The notes: a model not told the origin generated them from the sequence alone. Shown: positions 39,988 through 54,580, counted from the stretch's first letter. The stretch: DNA of 64,000 bases from Botryllus schlosseri (GCA_051294905.1 CM119371.1:24740001-24804000), one strand, 5' to 3'. Made by a program: numbers and translations.

Positions 39988-40612
39988 CAGGGGTTGCCAA
40001 CTCAAAACGGGTAGAGGGCCACTTTTCAATTTTCATTGAGGCCGTGGGCCCTAAGAATGCAATATCGAGACAAAACAAACCACACTTTTAGCAACCATTA
40101 CTCATTTACGTCAGAACAACGCTGTGCTCTCTAACTTTGGCGACGGGCATAGTTCCAACAAAAAAGGTACTACTTTCATAAAGAAATACGAATATCATGA
40201 TCACAAATTTAATATTATATTGTACCTTTGAAACATGAGCTGCACACGATACACGACTAAGATTTTAAGCGAATAAGGAATCAATATTGGATGTAGCCTG
40301 TAGCGAGACACTGTACTAGCTGAAAGGCTATATCTCCCGGCAAAGCTCCATCTTGTGGGGAGTAAAATTCTCTTTTATAAGCGTCTCGGTATTTGCAGTG
40401 TCTTGGCAACTGCACGTCATGGAATTATATCGAATGGCCGATTCATATCAGCTGATTCTTACTCGATGGAATGCTGTAGCCATTTGAGCTAGCGAGGAAT
40501 AATGATGCAAGGAACAAGATAATAGCTTATTTTGCAAACAGCAACAACAATATTTTGAAACTGAAATCAATATCATCATTTCAAACTGCGGGCCGCGTAT
40601 TGATGACGCCTG
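39988..40612 (-). mobile_element. hAT-type element (family C), inverted diverged copy
   Basis: CAGGGGTTGCCAACTCAAAACGGGT matches the reverse complement of 33841-33865; ends TTGATGACGCCTG; degenerate TSD gattaggg/gttaagga. Confidence 0.82.
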
Positions 40613-41889
40613 GTTAAGGATAAGATACGTTTGAGCCATGCCCAAGTAAGGAAATATAAGAGATTTGGCAATTAGCTAAAATTCGGCACAAATTATCGAC
40701 TCATGCTGAAATCATACACTTCGTTTCGCTCAGGAGACATCGCCCCCTTTCAGATGTTTTCACGCCTCCACTTTGAGAAACACTGGGATGAAACCCCACA
40801 AAAAGGTTCGCGTTCACACGAACCAGAACGTTTCAAGGGTTCCAACCATCTCTACTTTTCTGCATTTCTGATTGGAACTGTCTGTCCATACGAAGGAAGT
40901 TAGCAAGAATAGAAAATAAATAACCACTATGCTATGATAACCAATATCGACAACACAGTCAATATTCAGATTTGAGATATTGGCGTGAACTTGTAAAAAC
41001 GTCAGACCTACTGAAATTTCGCTCCGTTATAGATGGGATTTTCATCGCGCCAAGTCAAATGATTTGTTTCATTTGGTGGTTTATCGTTCACTATGACTAG
41101 TTAATTGGTCATCTACAACAGCAGGCCTATAAACTGATACAATGTGTAAGATTTCAAATTATAAGTTCACCGAAAGGCAAAAAAACATTTGAATTCTTAA
41201 ACTTCGTTAAGTAACAACAGTTCCAAACAGATAAGCGCTCCACGTCTAGCATTTTGTGAAGCAATGCCCAATTAAATAGTTTATTATATATATTTTTTCA
41301 ATGTCAGAAAATGCCAAAATTCTAATTTTGATAGGTCAAAAAATAATCGCCCGATTTATAAGAAAGGTATATTTTATTACGTGAAATGAATATAACAAGA
41401 TCTATGCATGTTGATTTCAGATTCCTACACTTGGGATTGATTGGTCAAATATAACTGCAACTGATGATCATATATCAATTCTGTGCGACTTGATGGCGGT
41501 TGTTGGGGAGATGCTGGCTCTATTTAATTTGGAAATTGATGCTAAAAGAACGCAAAGACTAATAGATACACTTCACCTCGAAAAGTCTAAGGTCAGATAC
41601 TGATTCTGTACCAAGTGTTTAATATTTTATTCACTGAAAGCTTGCATTGGTAATCCCTCCATTTCTGGAGTCGGCAGGGAGTACTTACGTTACGTCCCGC
41701 GACGAAAATCTTTTGGATCTACAAACTGGAATCTATCAGGATTCCTCGCCTTGTTGCGCGTGTACCTGTACAAGTCGTTAAAACGTCGTTTCGAAAATCA
41801 CTATTATACAGCAACTGTTTTCATCATTTAGTACTGATGAACTTATTGCAACGCTGTCCTAAATATATATAAGAGATGCGGAAACTATA

Positions 41890-42625
41890 AATTTCCAAGC
41901 TTATGTATCAGTTCCACTGTGGTCATTGCCCCGAAAATTTCAATGACTTCTTTACCTCGGTATCAAAAATGCATAAGTACTGCACACGTGCGTCCTCGTC
42001 GTTCAAGCATCATATGATCGACGCGAAAGATGATAGATCTATCAAATATGCCGGACTTGAGGTATGCAAGACTATGCTGCCGTCTATCCGTCAGTCGACA
42101 AGCATGTCAACATTCAAGACGACACACAATCAACTTCTGCTGAATGAATACTTGTCAGCCCTCTACTTTACCGGACGACGACCTGACATATCGATCTCGC
42201 CTACCGTCACATGCCACCTAATTTTGTCGCTTGTCATTTTTTGTTAAATTCTTTATTTTTCATTCAGTGTGCATGCGTCCTCTTTACACCGCCTAGGCCC
42301 TGGTGGGTGCATGATATCAAAGACTACTCCAAGTCGTTTCGACACCTTCCTATCTTTTGATTGTATCGCAGCATTGTGGTGTTTTTCAATGATGAAATTT
42401 TAATAATAAAATGAATTGAACTGAACTGAACCAGTCCTTTTATATTATATTAGTTTACTTTTCATTCATTGTGCATGCTTCTTTTTACATCGCCTAGGCC
42501 AGAGGTCTGTTTGATTTCAAAGACCACTCCAAGTCGTTTCGACACCTTCCTATCTTTCATTGTATCGCTGTCTTGTGGTGTATCGAAATGATGAAATTGT
42601 TAGCGATAAATTGAATTGAATTGAA
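41890..42625 (+). mobile_element. 3' end of an L2/CR1-group LINE with a duplicated 3' UTR
   Basis: KLMYQFH...FNDFF...HKYCTR...SIKYAG...STFK resembles this group's ORF2 C-terminus; 3' UTR segments ~42255-42430 and ~42458-42625 are duplicates, each ending in (ttgaa)n. Confidence 0.8.
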
Positions 42626-45600
42626 CGTTACTAACGTTCCTTCTTTTAGCGCCAGGTTTCCTTTACTATAGTTTAGACACAACCAAATCGCACGCCTGAT
42701 TGCGCTTGGGTCCCAAACCTTCTCCATTATTTTGACCAAAGGCGATTTGCGCCAATATTTGGGCTGGCTTCCTAACCACGAAATTTGATAAAACCCCGGT
42801 CAATCGAAAGATATTGCGGTTATTGTTTCGGAATTGCAGGCTATGCAGTGCTCATAGTTCTCGGAGCCCCAAAATCATTGTGACGGATTTGGCATTACGA
42901 CGAACTAATGGTGTGGGCTTGTTGCCTGAAGAAAAGTGATGACGTCGGTGCGAAGTACAACATGCCTCGAAAAAACATTGCACTATTGATGACGATTTTT
43001 GATATATTTTATCGCTTCTATACTGGTGTTAAGTCCGGGAGCGATGAAGATGTGATATCCTTGTCTTGCAAGGTTCGCACTTGGTCCGCGACAGGGATTA
43101 CCGCGAATTCCTCAGCTTTCCCGGTTATTTATCGAGATCGTTCATTCTAGATATTTATAACATCCTCAAGTTATGATGTCGAATGACTTAGCTTAGAAAT
43201 TAGGCAGAAATTACTGATGGTGAAGGACGAACGCGAGATGTGCCGGTGGAGCATTGCACATTCCCGCGCAACCGAGTAAACCACTTCCTCTTGCAGGATC
43301 CCTTCACAATTCAAAATTAGAAACTTATTTTCCATGACCACGAGCACAATAAAATTTATAATTCCACAATTTGTAACGCTGTAGCTTCGGATGGGTACAT
43401 GTTTTTTTCCAAAATTTGTGGTCGTGCGATAAATTGTCTTGGTCAAATGGAGAAGGTTTTATGAGCCTGGCGATTGGCGTATGTCTACTATCTACGTCAG
43501 TGTAGGGCACAATCGTGAGTTCCTCTTTACAACTCCACTTTATTTAGCAGTGTTTTCGCACTTCGTCTTGGCCCATAAGTAATTTTACAATTAGATGTTG
43601 AGAATCATACCGTTTCGTGATAATTTCGAGATCAGAGATCTGCGAGCAGCTAGAACAGGGGTTCTTAGTCGTTCATTGCCCGTGGCCCATTTTCCGGTTT
43701 GAAAATGTTCTCTGGCCCACCTCCTATACTAGAGTCATAGTGTCGTTAATGGCGTGGTCATCGCTGGTGCCGATATGCCTGCTTCTCTGAAATATGTGCA
43801 TTTTTCACTTACTGATCATTACAAATGTGGACCTGCAAATTAATGAAATCGCGCGAAGGGCGACGAAAATTTTCAAGTTTAATAAATCTCCAACAACAAC
43901 CAAACGACCAAAGAATTTTGGCCATCTTTGAGATTCCCGCAATTGGGAGTTTTAGGTGCGGCAGTTACGGTCCTCATAGATCGTATAACTCTTGCGTACG
44001 TTGATATGGCCGCTGTTCCACTCACGGCGCGAAACCCAATAATCTAATCCCCGCATTCACTTTGATTTTTCTCCGGAATTCTGGGTTTCAAAATTTTGAA
44101 AAAGTGGCCCCCTTTCCGATTCAAAACTATGGTAACCCTAATTCCATGTCACTCCTTCATTATGTACAATGATTTCAAGGCCGCAAATTTTAAATCGACT
44201 CCAAACATTAATGTGTTGCTCTCAATTCTCAATACATTACGATTCGTTGCGGTGGTGCCGTATACTTCGATAAGAGCAGTAGTGTACGCAAAAGCAGTTG
44301 GGGTTCAAAATCGATACCTCGTCCTAATGATATGTGAATTATCTCCCCAATATTGATCATCTCACTTGCAATTAGGAAACTGGTGTCATTATGTTTCGTT
44401 TAACTGAACATGACCTTTCCAAGGTTATCTTTTTGTTTGAAAATTATATTTTAAAACTAGATACCAACTAAAGTCGACATCTTATCTTTCGAATACGGTC
44501 AGGACATTGTGGAGTACCTTCCCATTTATATGGAATCGGTTGTTCGGACTATCTAATTTGCGACGAATGCAGCGTGATCGACACAGTTAAGCACATAGTT
44601 GAAAACGAGCATTATATATGTCTTCCACATATCTTTTCAAATTCCTTATTGGAACGCTAACCCTACGTCGCCTATACTTTCGTTATAGGAAATGTCGACC
44701 GCCGCTGCACAGATCGAAAGAAGTTCATTTAGTTATCGCTTGATTTAAATTACGTCAAGACCGTGGGACAAAATGGCATAAATGGCGAAAAACAACACTT
44801 TAGTTTCCACTTATATTAATACCTATATTATTTATTGCTTTTCATCTCTTGACACTCTTTTTATGTAAAGGCCATTTTGTGCAATAATAATATATAGTAA
44901 TGTAGGCCGATTTGATGTGTTGATTTACATGTGTATTGGTAGATTTTTGTATTTATGACTCCGCGAAATTTGTGGATCCGTGGAGGCTTGAAAACTCGCG
45001 TGGGTGTTCTGCTTGTCAGTAAGGGTTAAGACCCACTGAGCTACAAATATGTCGTAATCCACCAATATTATAGTGCAAACTCATCGGTTGCAGTGCTCAA
45101 AATCGGGGAGTAAGAACTAGTTTATTCTCCACTTCGTAGATAATATGAATTTCATTTTATATGGATTATACACAATCACCATTAGTACTGCGATTTGTAT
45201 TTGTTCAGTCTGCATTTATATTCTCTTGCAGCAACATCCTGTACCATTTGACCATTCGTGCGTCACGGCTTGTTGCTTGACGTAAAGGGTGCATGGATGC
45301 TGTTATATGTGAAATCGTATTTACAACAGTACTCTTTTGATTCGGCGAATATCATTGCTGAACTGTTTAGTTCATGGATGGTGATTTCATATCTGGTGCC
45401 ATGTCTTCGACAACAACTACATCAGCTTGCTTCACTGTACTCAATCGTATATATTTTCATTGATAACTTCATGTATTTATTAGTTTTGAATGCCTCGAGA
45501 ATATATACCGGAATTACCTTTCTCTGCATTATGTATCCCTGATTTTGTTTTCGTGTGATTCTACAGATACAACGTATACAATTTCCGGACGGAAGTACCG

Positions 45601-47797
45601 CTTACAAGCGTGCGTCAATGCGGAACTAAATTCGCAACTTTGATGATATCAAGATTAAATGAGGGCAAAGTACCAATAATTCATCGACGCCGAATAAACA
45701 CATGAGACGGAAATTTCATACTGGGAAAATTTACGAATTGTGAAAAACTTAATGCCGCGAAGTAATTCCGAAATTCAAGAAAGGAAGATGCGTTGCGGTC
45801 TTCAGCACTTTCTCCTTACCTTCAACAATTCCAAAAGTATTATTGAACGATTTTCATGAATTCCAGTTTCCAAAATGTCACTTAAACTGAAGTCAAACTG
45901 GCGGGGAATGTTTGTGAATCAATATTACGAGATTGTATTGAAGGTACATGAAATATCATCATCTCTCTGCAATGTTAGATATCCACGTACAATTAATCAC
46001 TCTAGGGCCAGAACGGCTAAAATCAATGTTGATATTTTTGAATAGAACGTTGCAGAATTGTTGATCGAAAATAAATGAAGTCCCGTAAAAATGACGTCGC
46101 GAAAATTGCAAACTATATTATTGTGGAAGCGATTCATCATCAGCAACAAGTATTTGTTTGTATTTTGAGAAATGCATGGTAGCATAATAATTGTAGTGTG
46201 GTAGAGTTCATGAATTGCCGTTTCATGAATTAGTTTGAAATTTACTCATAGAAGTCGCTTGATTTTTAAAGTAGTCTTCCGTGCTGATTAACTTACTGTA
46301 CTGACATCGATTCATGATCTCTTTTCGTATAGCAAATTAGTAAACAAACATATCTGCAATCACGTGATGGTTTCACTGTCGTCGCCAAAGTAGTCAGAGA
46401 TTATCTGATCGCGTGGGATGTATTGCGCTTGTTGGATTATACTAAATAACTAATATTTAGGCATTTACTCTCTTTTGAGATCGTTATCTCCACATTTTAC
46501 TAGATATGCATGTAAAATTGGACCTATTCAGCTGTCGTCGCCACATATAATAATATTATATAATATACTGGAATAGAATCACGGGAGTTATATCCAGAAT
46601 TACATCAATAAATGCCAAAATCCTTTATTTGATGAACGATAAATATAAAAAACGGAACTGATAAAATTGTGTTTACTTTGTGAGTTTCCGAATCCATATT
46701 GTGATGTTCAGTACAGCCGTTTTATTAATCAGTGTGTATTGATCAATAAATGTTTAATCACCAACGCAATGACTTTTAGAACTATATCTCCAGGATTCAG
46801 GTTAGGCATACAATCATGAGGTATTTATTTACTTGTCCAACATTGTACCATATTGCAATTGGGAAGTACAGCTAGGTCTATACCAGGCGAACCAGAATTA
46901 TTTACAAGAATTCCTGAAATGCCAAACGTAATAACCGCAATTGTGGATGTGCCGGGCTTCCTTTAATCATATGTAACAGTTAAATGAAGGATAAAGTGGC
47001 GTTCCTGTCTCATACCATATTTTACTGGGGTGGCCAAACTTAAGCTCGCCAAGTTCCCGCGGCTCATTGAGCCTTTGATTGCGACTATTGAATGATTGGA
47101 CACGCATGCAATTGCCTACCTAGTCGAGAAGTTTACCTTCGCCGTAAAACAATGAATTTCATCCAATATCAACTTTTTGCGTTTAAGCAGTTAGAATCGA
47201 TGTGTACAGCTTCATTCCCGGGTACTGTTAAAGTGCCGACCTGATCACATCGTGTGATGGTCCTTTAATCTTGTGGGGTTGCTGGTGGAGTTATCTTAGT
47301 AGCGCTAGGTACACAGGCGTGCCTATGGTTAATTTCCGCGTCGGAATTTAATCTGGTCTCTTGATCCCCCGTCTCGCCGAACTAACTCAGTGAAAGACCA
47401 GATATCATATACCAGAATCAACTTAAAAAAGAAACGATTGTAAAGTAATGGAAGGGAGATCAACTTTAACATCGAAACACTGTGACTTTGGACACTAGGC
47501 CGAAATGGGTGCCGGTTAAGACACCGTAACTGGTCGTTTCAGCATCGTCCTATCTGTTTGTTGCGTCGCATTGTGTTGGTAGGTCGGTTTTGAGGTACTC
47601 ATGGTGTCTGTCGACTACTGTGGTCATTTACAGCAGGCCGATATTCTTCATTTTTATTCCGTAACTGCCGAATGATATATACGGCTTATATAGGCTTATG
47701 CAGGCTTAGGCTTTTTGTAATACACCGCTTACGTGGAGGAGGTGGCGAGGAGGAGCCTATAATAATCGTCCACAACTTAGGAATTGGAATACTGAAT

Positions 47798-47870
47798 TCG
47801 ACCTCATTCGGACTCGGACCCGCTACTCCTTGGTGTTGCAGCCGCGGATTATACCACTGCGCTATCTCGC
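47798..47870 (-). pseudogene. tRNA-derived sequence (pseudo-tRNA or SINE head)
   Basis: Minus strand GCGAGATAGCGCAGTGG...CTGCAAC...GCGGGTCCGAGTCCG has an A-box (TAGCGCAGTGG) and a degenerate B-box at tRNA spacing; acceptor and anticodon stems do not pair well. Confidence 0.55.
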
Positions 47871-49149
47871 TACATTCGCAGTGTGTCTTTGGTATCGCAT
47901 AGTACGTTGTGTGTGCCTCGAACGGATCGATATATATATAATCCGACGGATATTATAACTCTACATTGTTGACGATTCCATATTAATTAACTCCAAAACT
48001 GCATATCATTATGTGTCCTTATTTTATTGCCTGCACACGACAAGGTCGATAGCCACTGCATTTCACTAAAATGAGGCGGAGGACATTTATCGAAACTATA
48101 CTTCATTACTGGCTGAATCCATGAAAAAATCTTTTGTAAATTGATCGAATCCATGATTACATTCGCGTTATATAGCTTGACTTGTTAGGCTTTGCAAATT
48201 GCGAGTAGGCATAATTCAGGTAGTTCAGATATCTACGATGTTTGCATTTTGAGCTAACTAGAGCAATATTACTTCTAAAATTGCGATGAAATATTAAAGC
48301 ATGTTCTGTCGTCGGCGCGCGCTCTTCTAGGTCCGCGGTTCGGTTAAGATGAAGTTAAAACGTCTAAAATCACGACTGTGTTTTCTTGACGGCAACTAAA
48401 AGCGACTGGACCGCATTGGTTGATCATTGATCAATGATTAGCGCGGGTAATCAAGGTACTCAAGGAGCGGTACGATACACTAATCAACATGGATTACAGG
48501 AGCAAGGATTCCCATTCATATTAATCGACATCTTCAAAATTTTGGTATCCGTACCAGTATGTGTAAGCATTACCAGTTTTTGCTGCTGAAAAGAAGAGGC
48601 GAATGCCCTGCCTATACCTTTATTACCACTGACGACCTGAGGTGCTATAGTAGAGTTACTTTGGATTGAGTCATATTCGTTGTATTGTATTCCTTACCTT
48701 CGATTACTTGTATCGTTCAATTTTCTTTATAAATAGAAGGATTATTCTTTCAATCGACAATCTAGAATATATTCTAATTTACTTCATTATTCTTATCATT
48801 CTATCGGCTACACTTCCTGATTTTATGTTACATGATTATACCTCTAATTGTCATCAGAAATAGACTTTCGGCACTCGTTCATATTAAATGGAATGCGCGG
48901 ATTTTCAAGACAATAAGACAATAAATTTGGCTGTAAAATTAAGGGTGCGCGAGAACAAATATTTTAAACCCACTGCGATAGTTACAACAGCGAAGGTTTC
49001 CCGGGAATTTGACTGCACTGCACTTTGGCAAAACGCGATACCACCGCGATAATGGCCGGACCTGGACTCCTTCTTGGATGGTATCCATTATTGAAAATAG
49101 TTTGTGTACGTGTACGTCTTTTGCTCTACATTACGCTGACTAGATCGTT

Positions 49150-50105
49150 GTGCCTATGGATTTGAACGAAATGACTGTTTCTGTGAACATCAATCATAAA
49201 CAAATCGCCAAATGTGACTCAGCAAAATATCTTGGCGTCACCATTGATTCCAAATTGTGCTGGAAGCAGCATATTGAATGCACAATATCAAAACTAGCTC
49301 GGTGTGTGGGAATAATGACCCGTCTGCAATCTTTGGTTTCCAGATCAGTACTAGGAACCATCTACTTCTCTCTTTTCCACTCTCATCTGCAATATGGAAT
49401 CGTAGTATGGGTAAATACATGCGCAACATTTTTGTACAGAATTCGAACCCTGCAAAACCGTGCGATACGGCTGATCTCATCTGTACCTTTACACACCAAT
49501 TTGTCGCCTTACTACCGTAAGCATCGAATTTTGTGAGTTGATGAAGTAAATCGCTTCGAAGTATCAAAACTTGTTCACAAATACTTTTCCAATAGTCTGC
49601 CTCCTGTGTTTGATGACTTTTTCATACCTGCGAAAAATGTCCATTCCCATTACACGAGATCCTCGTCAAAGGGAAATATCTACTTACCCCCACCCCCATA
49701 GAAACCTAACTAAGAGATCTATCGACTACTCGGGACCTATCCTCTGGAATGCATTACCACCACATGTCCGTGAATTGCCTTATAATAGATTCAAAAAAGA
49801 CCTGCTTGATCACCTCCTGTCGTTATACTACTAACACTGTTGCCCTACCTTGCCCAGACATTGCTTCATTGATCAATTGCTACCATCGTTTAATTTTTAT
49901 TCTATTTTCCTTTTTTAACTAAACATGTTTTACAGCCATACTGTTCAGAGTCAAGTGTACCTGTTTGATGCTGGTGTGATCAAACTAGATGACCTTCACG
50001 GTCTTATCGATCATTCCTATCTAATACCGAATACTGTGCATGCATATTTTCTGTAAAACCATCACTGCCGTTTGTTATGTATTTTGGTTGGATGAAAATA
50101 AAGAC
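49150..50105 (+). mobile_element. 5'-truncated L2/CR1-group LINE (late RT region to 3' UTR)
   Basis: KYLGVTIDSKLCWKQHI...IYFSLFHSHLQYGIVVW...LQNRAIRLI, then an in-frame stop at 49534 and a frameshift near 49690, then GPILWNALP...FKK; stop at 49834; aataaa at ~50097. Confidence 0.9.
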
Positions 50106-50364
50106 TCTCCCTCTTTCTACCGGATTAATGGTTCGGTTACCTAATTAAATTATAATATCTTGGCAAGGGGCGGAAACACTGCCCAGTTCTCTGAATATCC
50201 AAGTAAGTGGTTTGACAACTTGTTCGAGTTCAAACTCGAAACGAATTCCCACCCCCTCGCATATTTACCGAGCCGAAACAGAGGATATATAAACGAATTG
50301 ACTAAAGAAAGATCATTATTCCGAGACGGTGCTCGGTAAACCGGTTTCTGGGAGTACTATTCAG

Positions 50365-51748
50365 TAGGGATGGCGTGAACGTAGGGTTCACGTTCGCGTT
50401 CTGTGTGTGAACCTCAGAAATTTAGAGGTTCACGTTCACAAATGAACCTTGGTAGGATCTGTACTGTGAACCTCTTTCAGAAATTACAATTTTCGCGTTA
50501 TTTTATTATTTTTCGTTGAAATTTATTGCATTCCAACTGCGGGCCACTCCATGCATGGTGCTGGTACCAGTAACCGTACATGCACCTTTACAATCTCAAA
50601 ATTTTTGCTTGCTTTGTTACAAAAGTTTGATCAAAATATCCAGCTTTCCGTTTGTGAATATTTAGTGACTCTATGCTATGAGCTTGACCCACAATCACAC
50701 AACATCAAGAGCGAAATACACAGGCTGGTAGCCAAGTCACAAGGCTCCGAGTCACAAGTCAGGCTCACTTTTTTGTTAAACCCACTGATATACCTCTGTT
50801 TGGTGATATCGAATAGTTCGCATTTATAATAAACTAATTTTCGTCACTTTTAATAGCTTCTGGTCGCATTTTCAAGTAGCATTACCAATAGACGAACTCC
50901 AAATAGGGTGGTTATACTTTACTACTCTTCGAAATTACAATGAAACGTCGCTCTTGGCCGTCTGAGTCTCGAGTAGGGCTGGGCACAATGATTCGAGTAA
51001 TCGAATCTGATTCGAGTATCAATTTTAATGATTCGAGTCAAGTAGTAAAAGACGAGTTTTTCGAGTACTGGAATTATACGCTTCTCGCCACTGAAAGTTA
51101 ATTTGTCAACAGCAATTATAGTGTCGAACTGTCGATACCAATTTTCACTGTTGAAGCCTCGAAACCTTGACTGGCCGTATCTTAGCATACGAAACATATA
51201 GTACAGAACAAAAACGCTACTGGAAATACCACATTTCCGAAGTCTTGGCCATCCCACAACATTGTCACCAAGTGTAATAAAATCGGTACGGTCGAAAAAA
51301 TACCAAAGTATCTTTAATGTAATGGATATCAGGTATTATATTCTTTGTGGTCGCAAAAAGGTACATATTTGAACTTCGACATATTAACTCAGTTATGGCG
51401 TCATAATGAGTGATACTCGATTACTCGACTCGACTCGAAGCAGATTACATGATTCAGAATCGAATCACTTAGGTACTCGATTTTGCCCAGCCCTAGTCTC
51501 GAGTCATGCGTAATTCGATTTATCTCCGTATTTTGAGAAAATGACTCGAGTCAAGTCGAGTCATCAGAAAATCGTGACTCGCGTCCGTGCACAATAATAT
51601 ATGCTATCACTTCACTGAAATGTATGGTTGGAATTGACAATATGACGTCACCTGTCGTCATGAGGTTCACGTTCGCGTTCACACAGAACCTTTCAAAAAG
51701 GTTCGCGTTCAAACGAACCTGAACCTTTCAGAGTTCACACCATCCCTA
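50365..51748 (+). mobile_element. hAT-type element with TAGGGATGG termini (family D), containing nested inserts
   Basis: TAGGGATGGCGTGAAC / GTTCACACCATCCCTA; TSD ctattcag/ctatttag; gttcac/gttcgc subterminal repeats. Confidence 0.88.
50974..51495. mobile_element. hAT-type MITE nested in family D
   Basis: TIR TAGGGCTGGGCA / TGCCCAGCCCTA; perfect TSD gtctcgag; tcgagta/tactcga repeats. Confidence 0.93.
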
Positions 51749-51753
51749 CTATT

Positions 51754-52720
51754 TAGGGTTGGAGCGCACCCTTGAAAGATTTCGGTTCGTGTACGTGAAC
51801 GTTTTTGAACGTTTCTGTGTGAATGCGAAGGTGCACACGAATCCATGACGTCACATGACGCCATATTTCCAATTCCAACTCTACATGTCCGGGTTATTGT
51901 TATTATTAATAATAATGTGCACGATAACTATAGCGATAGCTATAACTATAGCCACATTATGCAACAATGCTGACCTTTCAAACGTCGTCAGATGTATATA
52001 ACTCGAACAATAAAATGGCCTAATAAGTATATAAAATACTTATCTTCCGTCGCCTGGTCAACAATTTAGACGAGGACTTGCAAGGGGGTGTAAGCTTCCG
52101 CCTGAACCTTTCTGGCTAGACCGGAAAATGTTTAAAGCCTAGTCTGATTAATGCTACATTGATATTGAACAGAGTGAAAAATCGGATTCTGTACTTGCGA
52201 CGGATATCACCTCAAAAACATGTTGTACGCTCGCCAACACTCCAGTCGGACGCATTTGGATTTTATGATACTATAAACATATCAAATCGAGATATGTCAC
52301 GTATGTCTGATTCAATTATTACATTAGGCATGGATGAATTCTCTATATCAATTTTGTTGATGTAAATAATTGGTTGGTTTATTCGCTAACTACTGACATG
52401 TAGTGCATTTCATTCTTGCACCAGCGCGTCACTATAACTATTGATAAACGGACAACTGAATATTTCTAGCAAACTTACGAAAAAATATTATTTGAAATTG
52501 GCAAGTTGCATGCTCGTTTAGCGGCAAATACTTCCAGATTCTTGCGCAGAGTCATCCGAGGTTGAAATGCAAAGAGTTTCAACCAAAGATGTCGGATAAT
52601 ACATGGAAAAAGTATACAGTGCCGAACCTACCAAGGTTTCTTTTATCAACGCGAACCTGTAAATATCTGAAGATCACACACCGAACGCAAACCTGAAACT
52701 CACGATAACACCATCCACTA
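51754..52720 (-). mobile_element. Older inverted family D copy adjacent to the first
   Basis: 51754-51890 resembles the reverse complement of 51620-51748; 52630-52720 resembles the reverse complement of 50365-50455. Confidence 0.72.
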
Positions 52721-52897
52721 CTTTCCGTAGGATCAACTATTTTCGCCTCCTTGATTCTTGAAATTGCTCACTGGGGCTTTATCTACCAAGTTGAGAACCA
52801 CTGGTGTAAGTGAAGAAATCCCACTGAGCTACAGATAAACGGCGAGAGTAACTGGTAGACCGTAGCATTAATCAATACCCATGAAGTAGCTCTAGGT

Positions 52898-54580
52898 CAG
52901 GGGTTCTCAACCCGCGGCCCGCAGACGTTCTTTTTGCGGCCCGCGACATCTTTCATCATGAACGCAATTATTAGTGGCACGGTATTGTCAGAGGTGGTCA
53001 GTAACGAAGTACTTCTACTTTTGAAGTACTTGAAGTAGATTTTTCCTACTCACACTACTTTTAAGTAGTTATGATTTTAGACTACTTCTACTTCTACTTG
53101 ACAGTTTTTAGTTTTGTAGGCAAAATAGGCGTAGAATACCTACTTACTTACTTACTTATGAACCACCACTCCTACTTCTACTTGAGTAGAAATTCAGGCG
53201 TTATTTCTACTTCTACTTGAGTAGCGACGGTGACTACTTTGACCACCTCTGGGTATTGTTACATATCAATTTAGCTACTTGGCTCTCTCATCGCACCGTC
53301 TCTGTTTCACTTGATTACTCATTCTTTGATGTGTTCTGGATTCTTGATATACGCTCGAGTTTAGATTGTTATTGTTTTGAATCGCTATTCGGCTGGACTC
53401 TGGTTCAAGGGGACCCCGCTTCGTAGTATACTTTTATAGAGTGTTTCACTCACCGCGAATGATTTGAACAGAAACAAGAACAAGGAACGGGACATTAAAC
53501 GTCGAAAACTGGGTTTGTAACTCTGCGCGCAACAATGGATATAAACGGAAAACCAATGTGTCATATTTGTCGAAAAACACTTGTAGTAAAGAAGGGTTAG
53601 CGGCTTACAATGATACCACGACAGTTTTTTCTGGAGTTATACATATCACCTGATCTAAGAAAAAAACGCTGCTACCTAGGTGTCAAACCAAGCAATTCAA
53701 ATTTCGAGACATTGTTAAAATTGCCGACGACGTTACAGGCGCATCGTTCAAAATTGGTTGGAATAACGATAAACCGAAGAAATCTGCTAGAGAAGGTGTA
53801 TTTCAATTAAACTTTAATATACTGTGGGAATATTTGCTGTTTGCCAAGGACAACATCACCTGACAAATTTCGACGCTACAGTTGTCTGATTCAACCGTGA
53901 CCAGATGAGTAACAGCAATGTCAGTTGATCTTTTACCGCATGTTCTGAAACACGTTGCCGCGAAGACTACTCTAGCCTCGCATTGGACTAATCCACTGGC
54001 TCCACATACATTGCAGAGCTAATTATTTGGGTGCATTTATCAGAGGAAGCATATTTGCAGCAGAAATGCTGGCGGGGCAAAAGTGGGGAGGGACCAACGA
54101 AAAACATCAACTTGATACAGCCGACTTTTGTAACTATGGAATGAAAGGGGAAGGGTTGATTGGTTTGCTCAGAAATGACCCCGAACGCCAGACTTCTCAT
54201 ATATTTGCGAGCTTAAAGTGATAATTGCATCAGTACCGAAAAAGTGACAGTAATTTAATGCTTGCTCGCTCACGCATTGAAACAGAGAGTTCGGTTCTCT
54301 AGTGGAAGAGTTCGAAGGTCCATATAACGACTTGCACGCTCCATGAAGGGAGTTACTTGCGCCGCTGGAAGATACTTATTCTAACAAAAAACAGCAACTG
54401 CAAACTTACGAACGCCGTCCATCAATGCTTTAGAATTCATAAAAATGTCCTAAATGCCCGTATACGATCGGTAGATAGGGTACAGAAGCCCAAATTTAAT
54501 AGTAGCCCAAAGAGACATGGTAATAATGTTCTGCGGCCCGCAGCGTCATTTACTGTTGAAATGCGGCCCGTTGGCTGACG
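52898..54580 (+). mobile_element. Buster/GTF2IRD2-like hAT relic with a degraded transposase
   Basis: Left TIR CAGGGGTTCTCAAC after ctctaggt; gcggcccg subterminal motifs at both ends; fragments GKPMCHICRKTL, LQLSDSTVTR, ALD*ST and GLIGLL; right TIR missing. Confidence 0.78.
52989..53251. mobile_element. hAT-type MITE (agta/tact-repeat family), nested
   Basis: TIR CAGAGGTGGTCA / TGACCACCTCTG; perfect TSD ggtattgt. Confidence 0.92.

Noticed and set aside
42900..46200. Coding-looking stretches (minus ORFs 43171-43510; + strand 45230-46200)
   Set aside because: They contain many stops and no motif I can assign; possibly decayed exons or old transposons, but not supportable by eye.
47798..47870. 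Functional tRNA-Cys(GCA)
   Set aside because: The acceptor and anticodon stems do not pair and the T-loop is GTCCGAG; kept only as a tRNA-derived relic.
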